Assembly: GCA_017858095.1 (NCBI GenBank)
Contig: JAFMCB010000004.1
Coordinates: 1,688-65,687 of the forward strand
DNA from: Methylophilaceae bacterium
Lineage (GTDB): Bacteria > Pseudomonadota > Gammaproteobacteria > Burkholderiales > Methylophilaceae
Length of the DNA stretch: 64,000 nt
Reading direction: 5' to 3'
Shown here: piece by piece, positions 54,099 to 63,734 of the stretch
Position numbering within the stretch: position 1 is the first letter of the stretch
Layout: every line of letters starts with the position of its first letter
Notes under the pieces: model-generated
Databases searched by the model: none
Told to the model about the DNA's origin: nothing
What the model saw: only the letters and a program-made list of their open reading frames with translations
Position numbers and translations under genes: made by a program

Positions 54099-54571
54099 GC
54101 TTTAACCTTTGATTCAGTGATTATTTGATCAATTTTGGATTGCGTAACACGCCCAATCACTTTCTCATTAATCATTACGGCGGGAGAGCAAGCGCAATTA
54201 CCAAGACAATAGATAGGCTCTAAAGTTAATGTGTTATCCGCTGTTGTTTCATGATAATCAATACCTAATTTATCTTTGCAATATTGTTCAATACTTTCAG
54301 ATCCCATCGATTGACAGGATTCTGCTCGACAAATATGTAAGATATTCTTCCCAGATGGCTTTCTTCTAAAATGATGGTAGAAGGTAACGAAACCGTGGAT
54401 TTCAGCGATAGAGAGTTGGTAAGCCTTAGCAACTAAGGGGTAAGCCTCTTCAGGTACAAAACCTAAATCATCCTGAATGGCATGCATTAGAGGTAGAAGG
54501 GCTCCGGGTTTATTCTGAAACTTATCTATTAACTGTTTAATTTTTTCTTCGGATTCTGTTGTAAGTGCCAT
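54095..54571 (-). CDS. fdsG: Formate dehydrogenase gamma subunit (NuoE-like 2Fe-2S)
   Basis: [21 protein letters not shown]. Confidence 0.94.
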   Translation of the reverse strand: MALTTESEEKIKQLIDKFQNKPGALLPLMHAIQDDLGFVPEEAYPLVAKAYQLSIAEIHGFVTFYHHFRRKPSGKNILHICRAESCQSMGSESIEQYCKDKLGIDYHETTADNTLTLEPIYCLGNCACSPAVMINEKVIGRVTQSKIDQIITESKVKA

Positions 54572-54612
54572 TGCTTAAATGTTAGTAATCATTAAATGGT
54601 TTATTATACTGT

Positions 54613-55629
54613 ATGTTTATAAAAAATAATGGCAGTATGACCCCTCAATTGATTGATCAGTTCAATAGAAAAATAGATTACATCAGGCTCTCAGTGACTG
54701 ATCGCTGTGATTTTCGCTGTATTTACTGTATGTCTGAAAAAATGGAATTTATGCCAAGGAAGGATTTGCTTACTTTGGAGGAATTACAACGCTTAGCTGA
54801 GGTTTTTATTCGCTTGGGGGTAAAAAAAATTCGTATCACCGGTGGTGAACCATTAGTGAGAAAAGACATCGATCAGCTTTTTTTGAATTTAGGTAAAAAT
54901 CCGCAGCTGAAAGAGTTGACCCTGACTACAAACGCAAGTCAATTGAAAAAAAAGGCACCCATGTTAATTGCTGCAGGTGTCAAAAGAATAAATATTAGTC
55001 TCGATAGCCTCAATGCAATCAATTTCAAAAAAATGACACGTATTGGAGAGCTAAATGCGGTGTTAGAAGGTATTCATTTTGCTCGCCAATTAGGTTTTCA
55101 GAAAATTAAATTAAATTGCGTGCTCATGCGTGGCATTAATGATCATGAAATTTATGATTTAGTAAATTACGCACTTGATCATTATTTTGATATAAGCTTT
55201 ATTGAGGAAATGCCTCTTGGCAATGTAGCTCATGAGCGTACACACACTTTCGTGAGTAATGATGAAGTGCTCGAAAAATTAAAGTCACATTACACTCTTA
55301 ATTCGACAACACTTTCAACCGGTGGGCCAGCTAAATATTGGCATGTGGAAGATAGTCAAACTAATATAGGCCTTATTTCTCCGCATAGCCATAATTTTTG
55401 TGAATCATGCAATCGGGTCAGAATTAGCTGCAAGGGAGAACTTTACCTTTGTTTAGGACAAGAAGATAAAATTGAATTACTGCCATTATTACGAAATCAT
55501 CCTTATGATGATGAGCCCCTCATAAAAGGTATTTTGGATGCTTTAAAGAACAAACCCAAATCACACGAATTTGAAATTCATAAAAAATCTCCAGCTGTCA
55601 TCCGCTTCATGTCACACACAGGTGGTTAA
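54613..55629 (+). CDS. moaA: GTP 3',8-cyclase (start may be ATG 54637)
   Basis: CDFRCIYC radical-SAM motif, GGEP, FCESCNRVR, C-terminal GG. Confidence 0.97.
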   Translation: MFIKNNGSMTPQLIDQFNRKIDYIRLSVTDRCDFRCIYCMSEKMEFMPRKDLLTLEELQRLAEVFIRLGVKKIRITGGEPLVRKDIDQLFLNLGKNPQLKELTLTTNASQLKKKAPMLIAAGVKRINISLDSLNAINFKKMTRIGELNAVLEGIHFARQLGFQKIKLNCVLMRGINDHEIYDLVNYALDHYFDISFIEEMPLGNVAHERTHTFVSNDEVLEKLKSHYTLNSTTLSTGGPAKYWHVEDSQTNIGLISPHSHNFCESCNRVRISCKGELYLCLGQEDKIELLPLLRNHPYDDEPLIKGILDALKNKPKSHEFEIHKKSPAVIRFMSHTGG

Positions 55630-56192
55630 TGCAAGTTGATGGTGTAATTTTAGCTGGTGGCAAATCGACCCGAATGGGTAGTAACAAATCACAAATTCTC
55701 TTAAACAATAAGCCCCTGATTAATCATGTGTTTGATCGCTTGCATCCGCAAGTAGGCAAGATCTGGATTAGCACTAACGTTAATTTAGAGCAGTTTCCTG
55801 AAAATATTCAATTTAAAGATCAATTAGAAGAAAGTTTTGGGCCGTTAACGGGGGTGTATTCCGGTTTAAAGCAAGCACAAACGGATTGGGTGCAATTTTG
55901 TCCAAACGATTGTCCTTTATTGCCCGCAAATCTCGTCTCAGAACTGAAAAAATTTATAACGCAAGCCAATGCAGAAATTATTATTCCTCGAGTGGATGGC
56001 TTTTTAGAACCTACATTCATACTCTGCTCAAAATCACTGGTGGATGACATTCCTCTTTATGTCAAAAAACAGGGGGGAAAGCTTCAAAAATGGGTGATGG
56101 CCCATAATTATATTTGTGTTGATTTTAATGATAAAAAGCCATTTACCAATATTAATAACAAAGATGATTTGGCATTGATCGAAAATGCTTAA
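55629..56192 (+). CDS. mobA: Molybdenum cofactor guanylyltransferase
   Basis: LAGGKSTRMG, GPLTG, DCP, FTNIN. Confidence 0.94.
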   Translation: MQVDGVILAGGKSTRMGSNKSQILLNNKPLINHVFDRLHPQVGKIWISTNVNLEQFPENIQFKDQLEESFGPLTGVYSGLKQAQTDWVQFCPNDCPLLPANLVSELKKFITQANAEIIIPRVDGFLEPTFILCSKSLVDDIPLYVKKQGGKLQKWVMAHNYICVDFNDKKPFTNINNKDDLALIENA

Positions 56193-56691
56193 AACACCTT
56201 ATACATTAGCGATCATTGCTGCAAATAGCGGGGTGGGAAAAACCACTTTTATTGAAAAAATCATACCGGGCTTGCTTCAAAAAGGGCTCAAGCTTTCTGT
56301 CGTTAAACATGCGCACCATAACTTTGATGTCGATCAACCGGGTAAAGATAGTTATCGATTAAGAAAAGCGGGTGCCTATCAAACATTAATCATGAATCAA
56401 AAAAGATCCGCATTATTAACTGAGTTTGCAAATGATCCCGATACGTTCGAAAAAGCTATTAAAAAAATGGATCAAAATGTTGATCTCATTATTATTGAGG
56501 GCCTAAAGTCATTAAACTTTCCAAAAATAGAAGTGTATCGATCTACAACCTCATTAAATAAATTAGTTGATGATGACCCCTCAATCATTGCAGTCGTCAG
56601 TGATATGATGTTTCCATGCAAGAAACCATTATTTGATATTAACAACACCGATGCGATTGAACAATTTATATGCAATTTAATCAAGAGATGA
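56185..56691 (+). CDS. mobB: Molybdopterin-guanine dinucleotide biosynthesis protein B
   Basis: SGVGKTT, VKHAHH, GKDSYR, IEG. Confidence 0.94.
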   Translation: MLKTPYTLAIIAANSGVGKTTFIEKIIPGLLQKGLKLSVVKHAHHNFDVDQPGKDSYRLRKAGAYQTLIMNQKRSALLTEFANDPDTFEKAIKKMDQNVDLIIIEGLKSLNFPKIEVYRSTTSLNKLVDDDPSIIAVVSDMMFPCKKPLFDINNTDAIEQFICNLIKR

Positions 56692-57956
56692 AAAAATCAA
56701 TAAACCTAAAAAAATTATCAAAAGATCCTAGTTGTTTAAGTGATTATGATCCCAATGCTATGGATTTTGAAAAAGCACAGCTTTACCTAGAGCAATTTTT
56801 AACGCCGGTAACAGCAGTAGAAAAATTACCTATTCAAGATGCATTAGGGCGCGTAATCGCGAAAGATATAAAGTCATCGATTAACGTACCGAATTATGAT
56901 AACTCAGCCATGGATGGTTATGCCATTGGGTTAAATCAAAATCAATTAACTTTTAAAGTTATAGGATCAATCTTTGCTGGCTCGACAACACTGCAAAAGA
57001 TTAAACCAGGTCAAGCTATGCAAATTATGACTGGTGGAAGAATTCCCAAAGGATGTGATGCTGTCATTCCTATTGAGCTTCTAAATGAGCATGATGGCTT
57101 AATCACCATTGATGAGTTACCAAAAAAATATGCCAATATTCGAAATATTGGTGAGGATGTAAAAAAGGGTGAAGTCATTCTAAAGCAAGGACATTTTATT
57201 CGTCCTGCTGAAGTTGGCCTGCTGGCATCATTAGGATTGGCCCATATCAATGTTTTTAAAAAACTAACGGTGGTTTTCTTTTCTTCCGGGGACGAAGTCA
57301 TTTCTGTTGGAATGCCAATTAAGATTGGCCAAGTATATGACAGCAATCGCTACTCGATTCGGGCGATGTTGAGTCGTCTCAATGTAGACTTTATTGATTT
57401 CAAAAATGTCATTGATGATAAGACTGTCATTAAAAAAACATTATTAAAAGCGGCTAGCAAAGCAGATCTTATCATTACCTCTGGTGGAGTCTCTGTTGGA
57501 AAAGCAGATTATATGAAAGAGGTATTAGCGGAAATTGGTGAAGTATTATTTTGGAAGTTATCTATAAAACCAGGACGACCGCTTGCTTATGGAAAAATTA
57601 AACAGGCACATTATTTTGGCCTACCTGGAAACCCCGTTTCTGCCATGGTAACGTTTTATCAAATTGTACAGCCCGCAATAAAAAAAATTATGGGGCAAAC
57701 CAACTATCATTTACCTCCCTGCTTTCAAGCAAAATGTAGTACCTCTATAAAAAAAAGGCCCGGTCGTATGGAATTTCAACGTGGCGTTTTAATTAAAAAA
57801 AATGATGAATGGATTGTCAATCCTACCCCACATCAAGGCTCAGGTATATTAAGTTCGATGACTCAAGCAAATTGCTTTATTGTGTTAAATAAAAATGATT
57901 CTTTTGTCGAAAAAGGCAGCACAGTTAATGTGCAAATAATGGATGGTATCATCTAA
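56688..57956 (+). CDS. moeA: Molybdopterin molybdotransferase
   Basis: SAMDGYA, SGGVSVG, KPGRP, GLPGNPVS; ATG 56688 overlaps the mobB stop (ATGA). Confidence 0.96.
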   Translation: MKKSINLKKLSKDPSCLSDYDPNAMDFEKAQLYLEQFLTPVTAVEKLPIQDALGRVIAKDIKSSINVPNYDNSAMDGYAIGLNQNQLTFKVIGSIFAGSTTLQKIKPGQAMQIMTGGRIPKGCDAVIPIELLNEHDGLITIDELPKKYANIRNIGEDVKKGEVILKQGHFIRPAEVGLLASLGLAHINVFKKLTVVFFSSGDEVISVGMPIKIGQVYDSNRYSIRAMLSRLNVDFIDFKNVIDDKTVIKKTLLKAASKADLIITSGGVSVGKADYMKEVLAEIGEVLFWKLSIKPGRPLAYGKIKQAHYFGLPGNPVSAMVTFYQIVQPAIKKIMGQTNYHLPPCFQAKCSTSIKKRPGRMEFQRGVLIKKNDEWIVNPTPHQGSGILSSMTQANCFIVLNKNDSFVEKGSTVNVQIMDGII

Positions 57957-58034
57957 TTCGATTGCCATTTGAATGAATTTTATCAGCTATAATAGGTCAA
58001 TCTAAACTAATAATTCAGTAAAGGAAAAACAGTT

Positions 58035-58505
58035 ATGGCGGATGTTAGCCTCGGCAAAAAAGTGCCAAATTTCACACTTGCCGGTTCATCAGGTCTGCAA
58101 TTTGATCTTAGTAATTTTACAGGTAAGAACGTAGTTTTATATTTTTATCCAAAAGACTCTACCCCAGGCTGCACTAACGAAGGTATTGATTTCAAAGATC
58201 ACTATGAGGAATTACAAAAACTCAATACTGAAATTTTTGGTATATCGAGAGACTCGGTAAAATCTCATGAAAATTTTAAAACAAAATATAATTTTCCATT
58301 TGATTTATTGAGCGATCCTGATGAAATAGCTTGTCAGCTTTTTGATGTAATAAAAACAAAAAATATGTATGGAAAACAAGTACTTGGAATCGAAAGAAGT
58401 ACTTTCATAATTGATAAAGATGGTAAGTTAATGCATGAATGGAGAAAAGTGAAAGTAGACGGGCATGTTATTGAGGTGCTTAACCATCTTAAAAATCAAT
58501 CATAA
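58035..58505 (+). CDS. bcp: Peroxiredoxin Bcp/PrxQ
   Basis: YFYPKDSTPGCT, ERSTF. Confidence 0.94.
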   Translation: MADVSLGKKVPNFTLAGSSGLQFDLSNFTGKNVVLYFYPKDSTPGCTNEGIDFKDHYEELQKLNTEIFGISRDSVKSHENFKTKYNFPFDLLSDPDEIACQLFDVIKTKNMYGKQVLGIERSTFIIDKDGKLMHEWRKVKVDGHVIEVLNHLKNQS

Positions 58506-58507
58506 AA

Positions 58508-59896
58508 ATGGCAAAAAATAACCCCACAAAATTTTTTGTGCTAGACACAAATGTGCTACTGCATGATCCCTCAAGTCTATTTCGATTTGAAGAACATGAT
58601 ATTTACTTGCCCATGGTAACTCTCGAAGAGCTCGATAACATAAAAAAAGGCTTATCCGAGGTCGCACGAAATGCAAGACAAACAAGTCGCTACTTAGAAG
58701 AAATCATGACACCTTGTCTGAATCAATTGGAGACTGGCTGCCCACTCAATACCAATGGTAATAAAATTGCAGGGAAACTGTTTTTACAAACGCATCCGAT
58801 TGAGTTTGATCTACCGATGTTAGCTGGCAATATTGCTGATAACCAAATACTCAGTGTTGTTGCTTATCTAAAAAAAGAACACAAAAATCGTGATGTAATC
58901 CTGGTCTCCAAAGACATTAATATTCGTATTAAAGCCAGAACATTAGGTATTAGTGCAGAAGATTACTTTAACGATAAAGTAATGGAAGATACCGAACTGC
59001 TTTATCCAGGCGTGAGAGAATTGCCTGAAGATTTTTGGGAAAAACATAGTAAGGCAATGGAATCATGGCAAGAAGAAGGAAAAATGTTTTATCGTCTTTC
59101 AGGTCCTTTGTGTGAAACCTTTCTAAACAATGAGTTTCTTTATTATGAATTTGACAAACCTTTTCATGCCATTGTTAAAACCATTGATAGAAAAACAGCT
59201 ACCCTTCAAGTAGTCAATGATTTTGTGAATCCTAAGTTTAATGTGTGGGGCATTAATGCCAGAAATCGTGAACAAAATTTTGCGCTTAATTTATTAATGG
59301 ATCCAGATATTGATTTTGTCACTTTGCTGGGCCAAGCCGGAACAGGTAAAACCTTGCTTACTTTGGCAGCAGGGCTAGCCCAAGTGTTAGATAAAAAAAT
59401 CTACAGTGAAATTATCATGACGCGGGTGACGGTTTCAGTAGGTGAGGACATTGGTTTTTTACCTGGCACAGAAGAGGAAAAAATGACCCCTTGGATGGGT
59501 GCGCTTGAAGATAATCTCGATGTGCTAAATAAATCGGATGATGATGCCGGTGATTGGGGTAGAGCAGCGACTCAAGATCTCATTCGTTCAAGAATTAAAA
59601 TTAAATCACTCAATTTTATGCGTGGTCGAACCTTCTTAAATAAATTCTTAATCATTGATGAAGCACAAAATTTAACCTCTAAACAAATGAAAACTTTAAT
59701 CACTCGCGCTGGACCAGGAACAAAAGTGGTGTGCTTAGGTAATATTGCTCAAATTGACACGCCTTACCTAACCGAGGGTAGCTCCGGGCTAACTTATGTC
59801 GTAGAGCGATTTAAAGGATGGGATCATAATGGTCATGTCACATTAATGCGAGGTGAACGATCCAGATTGGCAGATTATGCAGCAGACATCCTCTAA
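58508..59896 (+). CDS. PIN-PhoH family ATPase
   Basis: PIN VLDTNVLLHDP; Walker A GQAGTGKT; RGRTF, DEAQN. Confidence 0.92.
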   Translation: MAKNNPTKFFVLDTNVLLHDPSSLFRFEEHDIYLPMVTLEELDNIKKGLSEVARNARQTSRYLEEIMTPCLNQLETGCPLNTNGNKIAGKLFLQTHPIEFDLPMLAGNIADNQILSVVAYLKKEHKNRDVILVSKDINIRIKARTLGISAEDYFNDKVMEDTELLYPGVRELPEDFWEKHSKAMESWQEEGKMFYRLSGPLCETFLNNEFLYYEFDKPFHAIVKTIDRKTATLQVVNDFVNPKFNVWGINARNREQNFALNLLMDPDIDFVTLLGQAGTGKTLLTLAAGLAQVLDKKIYSEIIMTRVTVSVGEDIGFLPGTEEEKMTPWMGALEDNLDVLNKSDDDAGDWGRAATQDLIRSRIKIKSLNFMRGRTFLNKFLIIDEAQNLTSKQMKTLITRAGPGTKVVCLGNIAQIDTPYLTEGSSGLTYVVERFKGWDHNGHVTLMRGERSRLADYAADIL

Positions 59897-61067
59897 TACA
59901 ATTCAATCCAAAGGTTTTTACGCTTACCTAACTGCGCAATTTTTATCTGCCTTAGCGGACAATGCATTGCTGTTTGCTGCGATTGCGTTGTTGGCGCAAA
60001 TGGAAGCACCAAAATGGCATCAACCACTTTTGCTGCAATTTTTTGTCTTGGCTTATATTGTTTTGGCGCCAATTGTTGGAGCATTTGCTGACTCAAAACC
60101 TAAGGGTCAAGTCATGTTCATTTCAAATGGAATTAAATTAGTAGGGTGTTTGGCTATGTTTTTTGGCATGCAGCCTTTGTATGCTTATGGTATTGTTGGG
60201 ATTGGGGCTGCCACCTACTCCCCGGCAAAATATGGCATATTAACGGAATTACTTCCCGAAAAATCACTGGTACCCGCCAATGGATGGGTAGAAGGACTGA
60301 CTGTCGCTGCCATTATTCTGGGTGCAATTGTCGGTGGAATTTTAGCGAGCTACAATGTGCACCACGCAATATTGATTATCGCTTTTTTATATTTATTAGC
60401 TGCCATATTTAATCGATACATTCCTGTTTTACCTATTGAACACAAAGTTGAAAAGAAAAATCCTCTTTTTCTTTTTAAAGACTTTCTAAAATCAGCAACC
60501 AAATTAGCAAAAGATCGTTATGGTGGGCAGCTGTCGCTTGCCATTACCACTCTCTTTTGGGGTGCCGGTGCAACCCTTAGGTTAGTGATCATTGCTTGGG
60601 CAGCTTATGCGCTCAATTATGGTATTGATAAAGCAACACAACTTACCGCCGTTGTTGCATTAGGTGTTGCAATTGGGGCGGTCATCGCTGCCCGTTATGT
60701 GGAAATGCGAGATTCTGTAAAAATTCTTTCGGTGGGAATTTTAATGGGTGCATTTGTTTGCGCCATGATATTTATCTCAACTTGGTATACCGCTGCCATT
60801 GTTTTGCTTTTTATCGGAGTTTTTAGTGGTTTTTTAATTGTGCCAATGAATGCATTACTGCAATACCGTGGTCATAAACTGGTAGGGTCTGGTCACTCCA
60901 TTGCCGTGCAAAACTTTAGTGAAAATTTAGGTATTCTTATTTTGAGTGGCACTTATACCATCATGGTGAAATACGAACTACCTATTAATGCCATTGTTTT
61001 TATTTTTGGCTTATTTGTATTGTTTGCCATGACGATTGCACGCATTCATTACGCAGAAAAAAATTAA
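59877..61067 (+). CDS. lplT: Lysophospholipid transporter (MFS)
   Basis: AQFLSALADNALL, YSPAKYGILTE, NALLQ.RG, IAVQNF.EN; start set at ATG 59877. Confidence 0.9.
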   Translation: MQQTSSNTIQSKGFYAYLTAQFLSALADNALLFAAIALLAQMEAPKWHQPLLLQFFVLAYIVLAPIVGAFADSKPKGQVMFISNGIKLVGCLAMFFGMQPLYAYGIVGIGAATYSPAKYGILTELLPEKSLVPANGWVEGLTVAAIILGAIVGGILASYNVHHAILIIAFLYLLAAIFNRYIPVLPIEHKVEKKNPLFLFKDFLKSATKLAKDRYGGQLSLAITTLFWGAGATLRLVIIAWAAYALNYGIDKATQLTAVVALGVAIGAVIAARYVEMRDSVKILSVGILMGAFVCAMIFISTWYTAAIVLLFIGVFSGFLIVPMNALLQYRGHKLVGSGHSIAVQNFSENLGILILSGTYTIMVKYELPINAIVFIFGLFVLFAMTIARIHYAEKN

Positions 61068-61069
61068 GC

Positions 61070-62395
61070 TTAATGCAGCTTTACTTGCGCTTCGGTTCGC
61101 CGAGTAATAAATTTTGCAACCAAACGAAAGAATACAACCGTAGGCCCATGCAATGCTAAAAGATGTAATTGATAAAGCATCAAATACATAAATCGTGCAA
61201 TTAATCCCTCAACAAACATACTGCCACCGGTAATGGAGCCCATTAAATTTCCTACCGTAGAGTAGCTCCCTAAATTGACCAATGAACCATAATCTTGATA
61301 GCGGTATTGTGGCAACACATCAGCTTTACCCATAACAACTTTCTTAATTGATTTTACTAGCATAGATGCTTGTTGGTGCGCTGATTGTGCTCTTGGAGGA
61401 ACTGTTTCAATTGCACCTGGTTTAATTGGGCATGATGCACAATCACCAAAAGCAAAAATATTCGGGTCATCGACTGTTTGTAATGATGATAGAACATTAA
61501 TTTGATTAATGTTATTTACCTTCAGCCCTAAACGAGTTAAAAAACTTGGTGCTTTAATTCCTGCAGCCCAAACAACCAATGACGACTTGATAAACCTGCC
61601 ATTACTTGTTTTGATACCTGTTGGATTAACTTCAATAACGCTTTCACCCATAAACAACTTCACATTTAACTTTTCTAATTCTTTTCTGACCGACAAACTC
61701 ATTCTTTCAGGCAATGCAGGCAATAAACGTTCGCTTGCTTCAATAATAGAAATTTGTATATCACGGTCGGGATTAATTTTATCTAGTCCGTAGGCAGTCA
61801 TTTCTCTAGTTGCTTTATGAAGTTCTGCTGCCAATTCCACCCCAGTCGCGCCTGCGCCAACAATAACCACCTCAAGTTGCCCGGGCAATATCATATCTTT
61901 TTGAGTTTGTGCTTTTAAAATAGCATTGTGCAATTTTTGATGGAAACGTTCAGCCTGTTGCTGTGTATCTAAAGCAATGGCATTTTCAGCAACGCCTGCA
62001 ATACCAAAATCATTAATGGTACTACCAACCGCAATGATTAACGTGTCGTAAGAAAAATAGCGCCGTGGAATGATTTCACTGCCATCACTATCATGAAAGG
62101 GGGCTAAGACTATGGTTTTATTTTCACGATCAATGCCATCCATTCTGCCTAAACGAAATTGAAAATGATGCCAATGTGCTTGCGCTAAATAATCCAGCTC
62201 ATCTTTATCTGGATTTAGGCTGCCTGCAGCAATTTCATGTAACAAAGGTTTCCATAGGTGTGTTTTTTTTGCATCCACCAGTGTGATATGCGCTTTCTTT
62301 TTCTTGCCAAGTGAATCGCCCAGTTTGGTTGCTAACTCTAATCCACCGGCGCCTCCACCAACAATAACGACTTTGTGTATATCCTGATTGCTCAT
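61070..62395 (-). CDS. ndh: Type II NADH dehydrogenase
   Basis: GGGAGG, HLWKPLLHE, GAGATGVELAAE, WAAG, PPRAQSAHQQ, DYGSLV. Confidence 0.93.
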   Translation of the reverse strand: MSNQDIHKVVIVGGGAGGLELATKLGDSLGKKKKAHITLVDAKKTHLWKPLLHEIAAGSLNPDKDELDYLAQAHWHHFQFRLGRMDGIDRENKTIVLAPFHDSDGSEIIPRRYFSYDTLIIAVGSTINDFGIAGVAENAIALDTQQQAERFHQKLHNAILKAQTQKDMILPGQLEVVIVGAGATGVELAAELHKATREMTAYGLDKINPDRDIQISIIEASERLLPALPERMSLSVRKELEKLNVKLFMGESVIEVNPTGIKTSNGRFIKSSLVVWAAGIKAPSFLTRLGLKVNNINQINVLSSLQTVDDPNIFAFGDCASCPIKPGAIETVPPRAQSAHQQASMLVKSIKKVVMGKADVLPQYRYQDYGSLVNLGSYSTVGNLMGSITGGSMFVEGLIARFMYLMLYQLHLLALHGPTVVFFRLVAKFITRRTEAQVKLH

Positions 62396-62398
62396 GAA

Positions 62399-62974
62399 TT
62401 ATTGATTTCCTGTAATTGTTCCATTGCTTCGAATGAATGCAATAATTTTTAATAGTTCGTCGGGGGTGATACCATCATCAGGTACCATCAACCCAAAGCC
62501 TTTAGCTCCCATACCACCATTCGTGCCGGCCCAAATTGTTTCAAACATGCCTTTGTTTGTTGCATCTTTTGGGTACCTAAAATCTGGGCCCGTTAAACCG
62601 GGCCCAACTTGACCTTTGGCTGTTGGACCATGGCACTGCGTGCACGACCATAAGTTATAGCGCTTTTTTCCATAGTTGATTGCTTCAGCATCACCAATGT
62701 AACTATTCTCACCTGTTATTAAAAAATGTTTTGCTGCTGCACTATCAAATAAATTTGGGTCAATGGTAAAAGGTGAGCCATCTGTGGTTTTCACAAATGT
62801 GATGGGCTCTGAATTTATTTCAGCAGAAATAATTTTATTTGGCTCTGTGGTTGTTTCTGATTTGATAGCAGCAGCATCGTCAACTTTTTCTGATACGTTG
62901 TTGGTTTGCGTATTATCCGAACACGAGGAGGTACCAAGACAAAAAATTAAAGCAACAAGGATTTTATTGAACAT
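62399..62974 (-). CDS. Cytochrome cL/XoxG-like monoheme protein, paralog 2, putative lipoprotein
   Basis: CTQCH heme motif, GPGL...YPKD..N.GMFETIW; signal ending GTSSC followed by a polar linker; start set at ATG 62974. Confidence 0.82.
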   Translation of the reverse strand: MFNKILVALIFCLGTSSCSDNTQTNNVSEKVDDAAAIKSETTTEPNKIISAEINSEPITFVKTTDGSPFTIDPNLFDSAAAKHFLITGENSYIGDAEAINYGKKRYNLWSCTQCHGPTAKGQVGPGLTGPDFRYPKDATNKGMFETIWAGTNGGMGAKGFGLMVPDDGITPDELLKIIAFIRSNGTITGNQ

Positions 62975-62984
62975 GCCAAAACTT

Positions 62985-63020
62985 AAAAAAAAAGACTGAA
63001 GCAATTATACTTCAGTCTTT
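62985..63020 (-). terminator. Intrinsic terminator between the two cytochrome genes
   Basis: GACTGAAG/CTTCAGTC stem followed by T9 on the minus strand. Confidence 0.85.
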
Positions 63021-63051
63021 AATTTATTTTATTGCGAAGTTGTAACGAAAA

Positions 63052-63570
63052 TTAATTTTTCAAAAACTTCTTCATTTGATCATCTTCATTACCTGTCACG
63101 CCCTGACTGCCTTGTGTACGAACCCAAGCAATGATTTTAAGTAATTCATCTGCAGTTAAACCGTCATCTGGTGCCATAACACCAAAACCTTTACCACCCA
63201 TACCACCATTAGTACCATACCAAATTGTCTCGAACATACCTTGATTGGTAATATCTTTTGGATATTTGAATGTTGGGCCAACGAGACCAGGGCCTACTTG
63301 GCCTTTGGCTGTCGGACCATGACACTGCGTACATGACCAGAAACCAAAACGTTTGCCGCCACGTTTCTCAGCCTCTGCATCGCCAACATAAATATTTTTA
63401 CCTGTTTTTAAAAACTCTGCTTCGGCTGGTGTTCCTTTAAGACCTGAGCTTGGAATGGTAAATTCAGTTCCATCAGTCGTTTTGATTAATTTGATACCAG
63501 CATTCGCGATGCCTGCCATACTAAACAATGCAATAAGCAGCGATGACATGATTACTTTTTTGTTTAACAT
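63052..63570 (-). CDS. xoxG: Cytochrome cL/XoxG-like monoheme protein, paralog 1, periplasmic
   Basis: Sec signal ending ANA, CTQCH, GGAG RBS; follows a xoxJ-like gene. Confidence 0.8.
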   Translation of the reverse strand: MLNKKVIMSSLLIALFSMAGIANAGIKLIKTTDGTEFTIPSSGLKGTPAEAEFLKTGKNIYVGDAEAEKRGGKRFGFWSCTQCHGPTAKGQVGPGLVGPTFKYPKDITNQGMFETIWYGTNGGMGGKGFGVMAPDDGLTADELLKIIAWVRTQGSQGVTGNEDDQMKKFLKN

Positions 63571-63734
63571 AAATATCTCCGTTATTCTTTTTAAGTCTTC
63601 CTACAAATTTGGACACTTAAAAAGTTATAAGTTCCTTGCAATAAGGGATTAAATTAATAAGGATGTTCAAGATTTCCTAACCCATAATATTACTTATTTT
63701 TACGGTTTGTGTCACCCTTTTTGACCAAAAAAAC

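Noticed and set aside
54572-54636. Moco riboswitch or ModE box upstream of moaA
   Set aside because: Spacer too short for the riboswitch and no convincing ModE-like palindrome seen
58508-59896. PIN domain as the toxin of a toxin-antitoxin pair
   Set aside because: It is the widespread PIN-PhoH fusion next to bcp, with no antitoxin-like ORF
890-63652. Numerous 60-165 aa ORFs antisense to or nested in core genes (e.g. 890-1249, 8999-9412, 25219-25668, 37010-37507, 57011-57346)
   Set aside because: Shadow frames of well-conserved genes with no recognisable motifs or RBS
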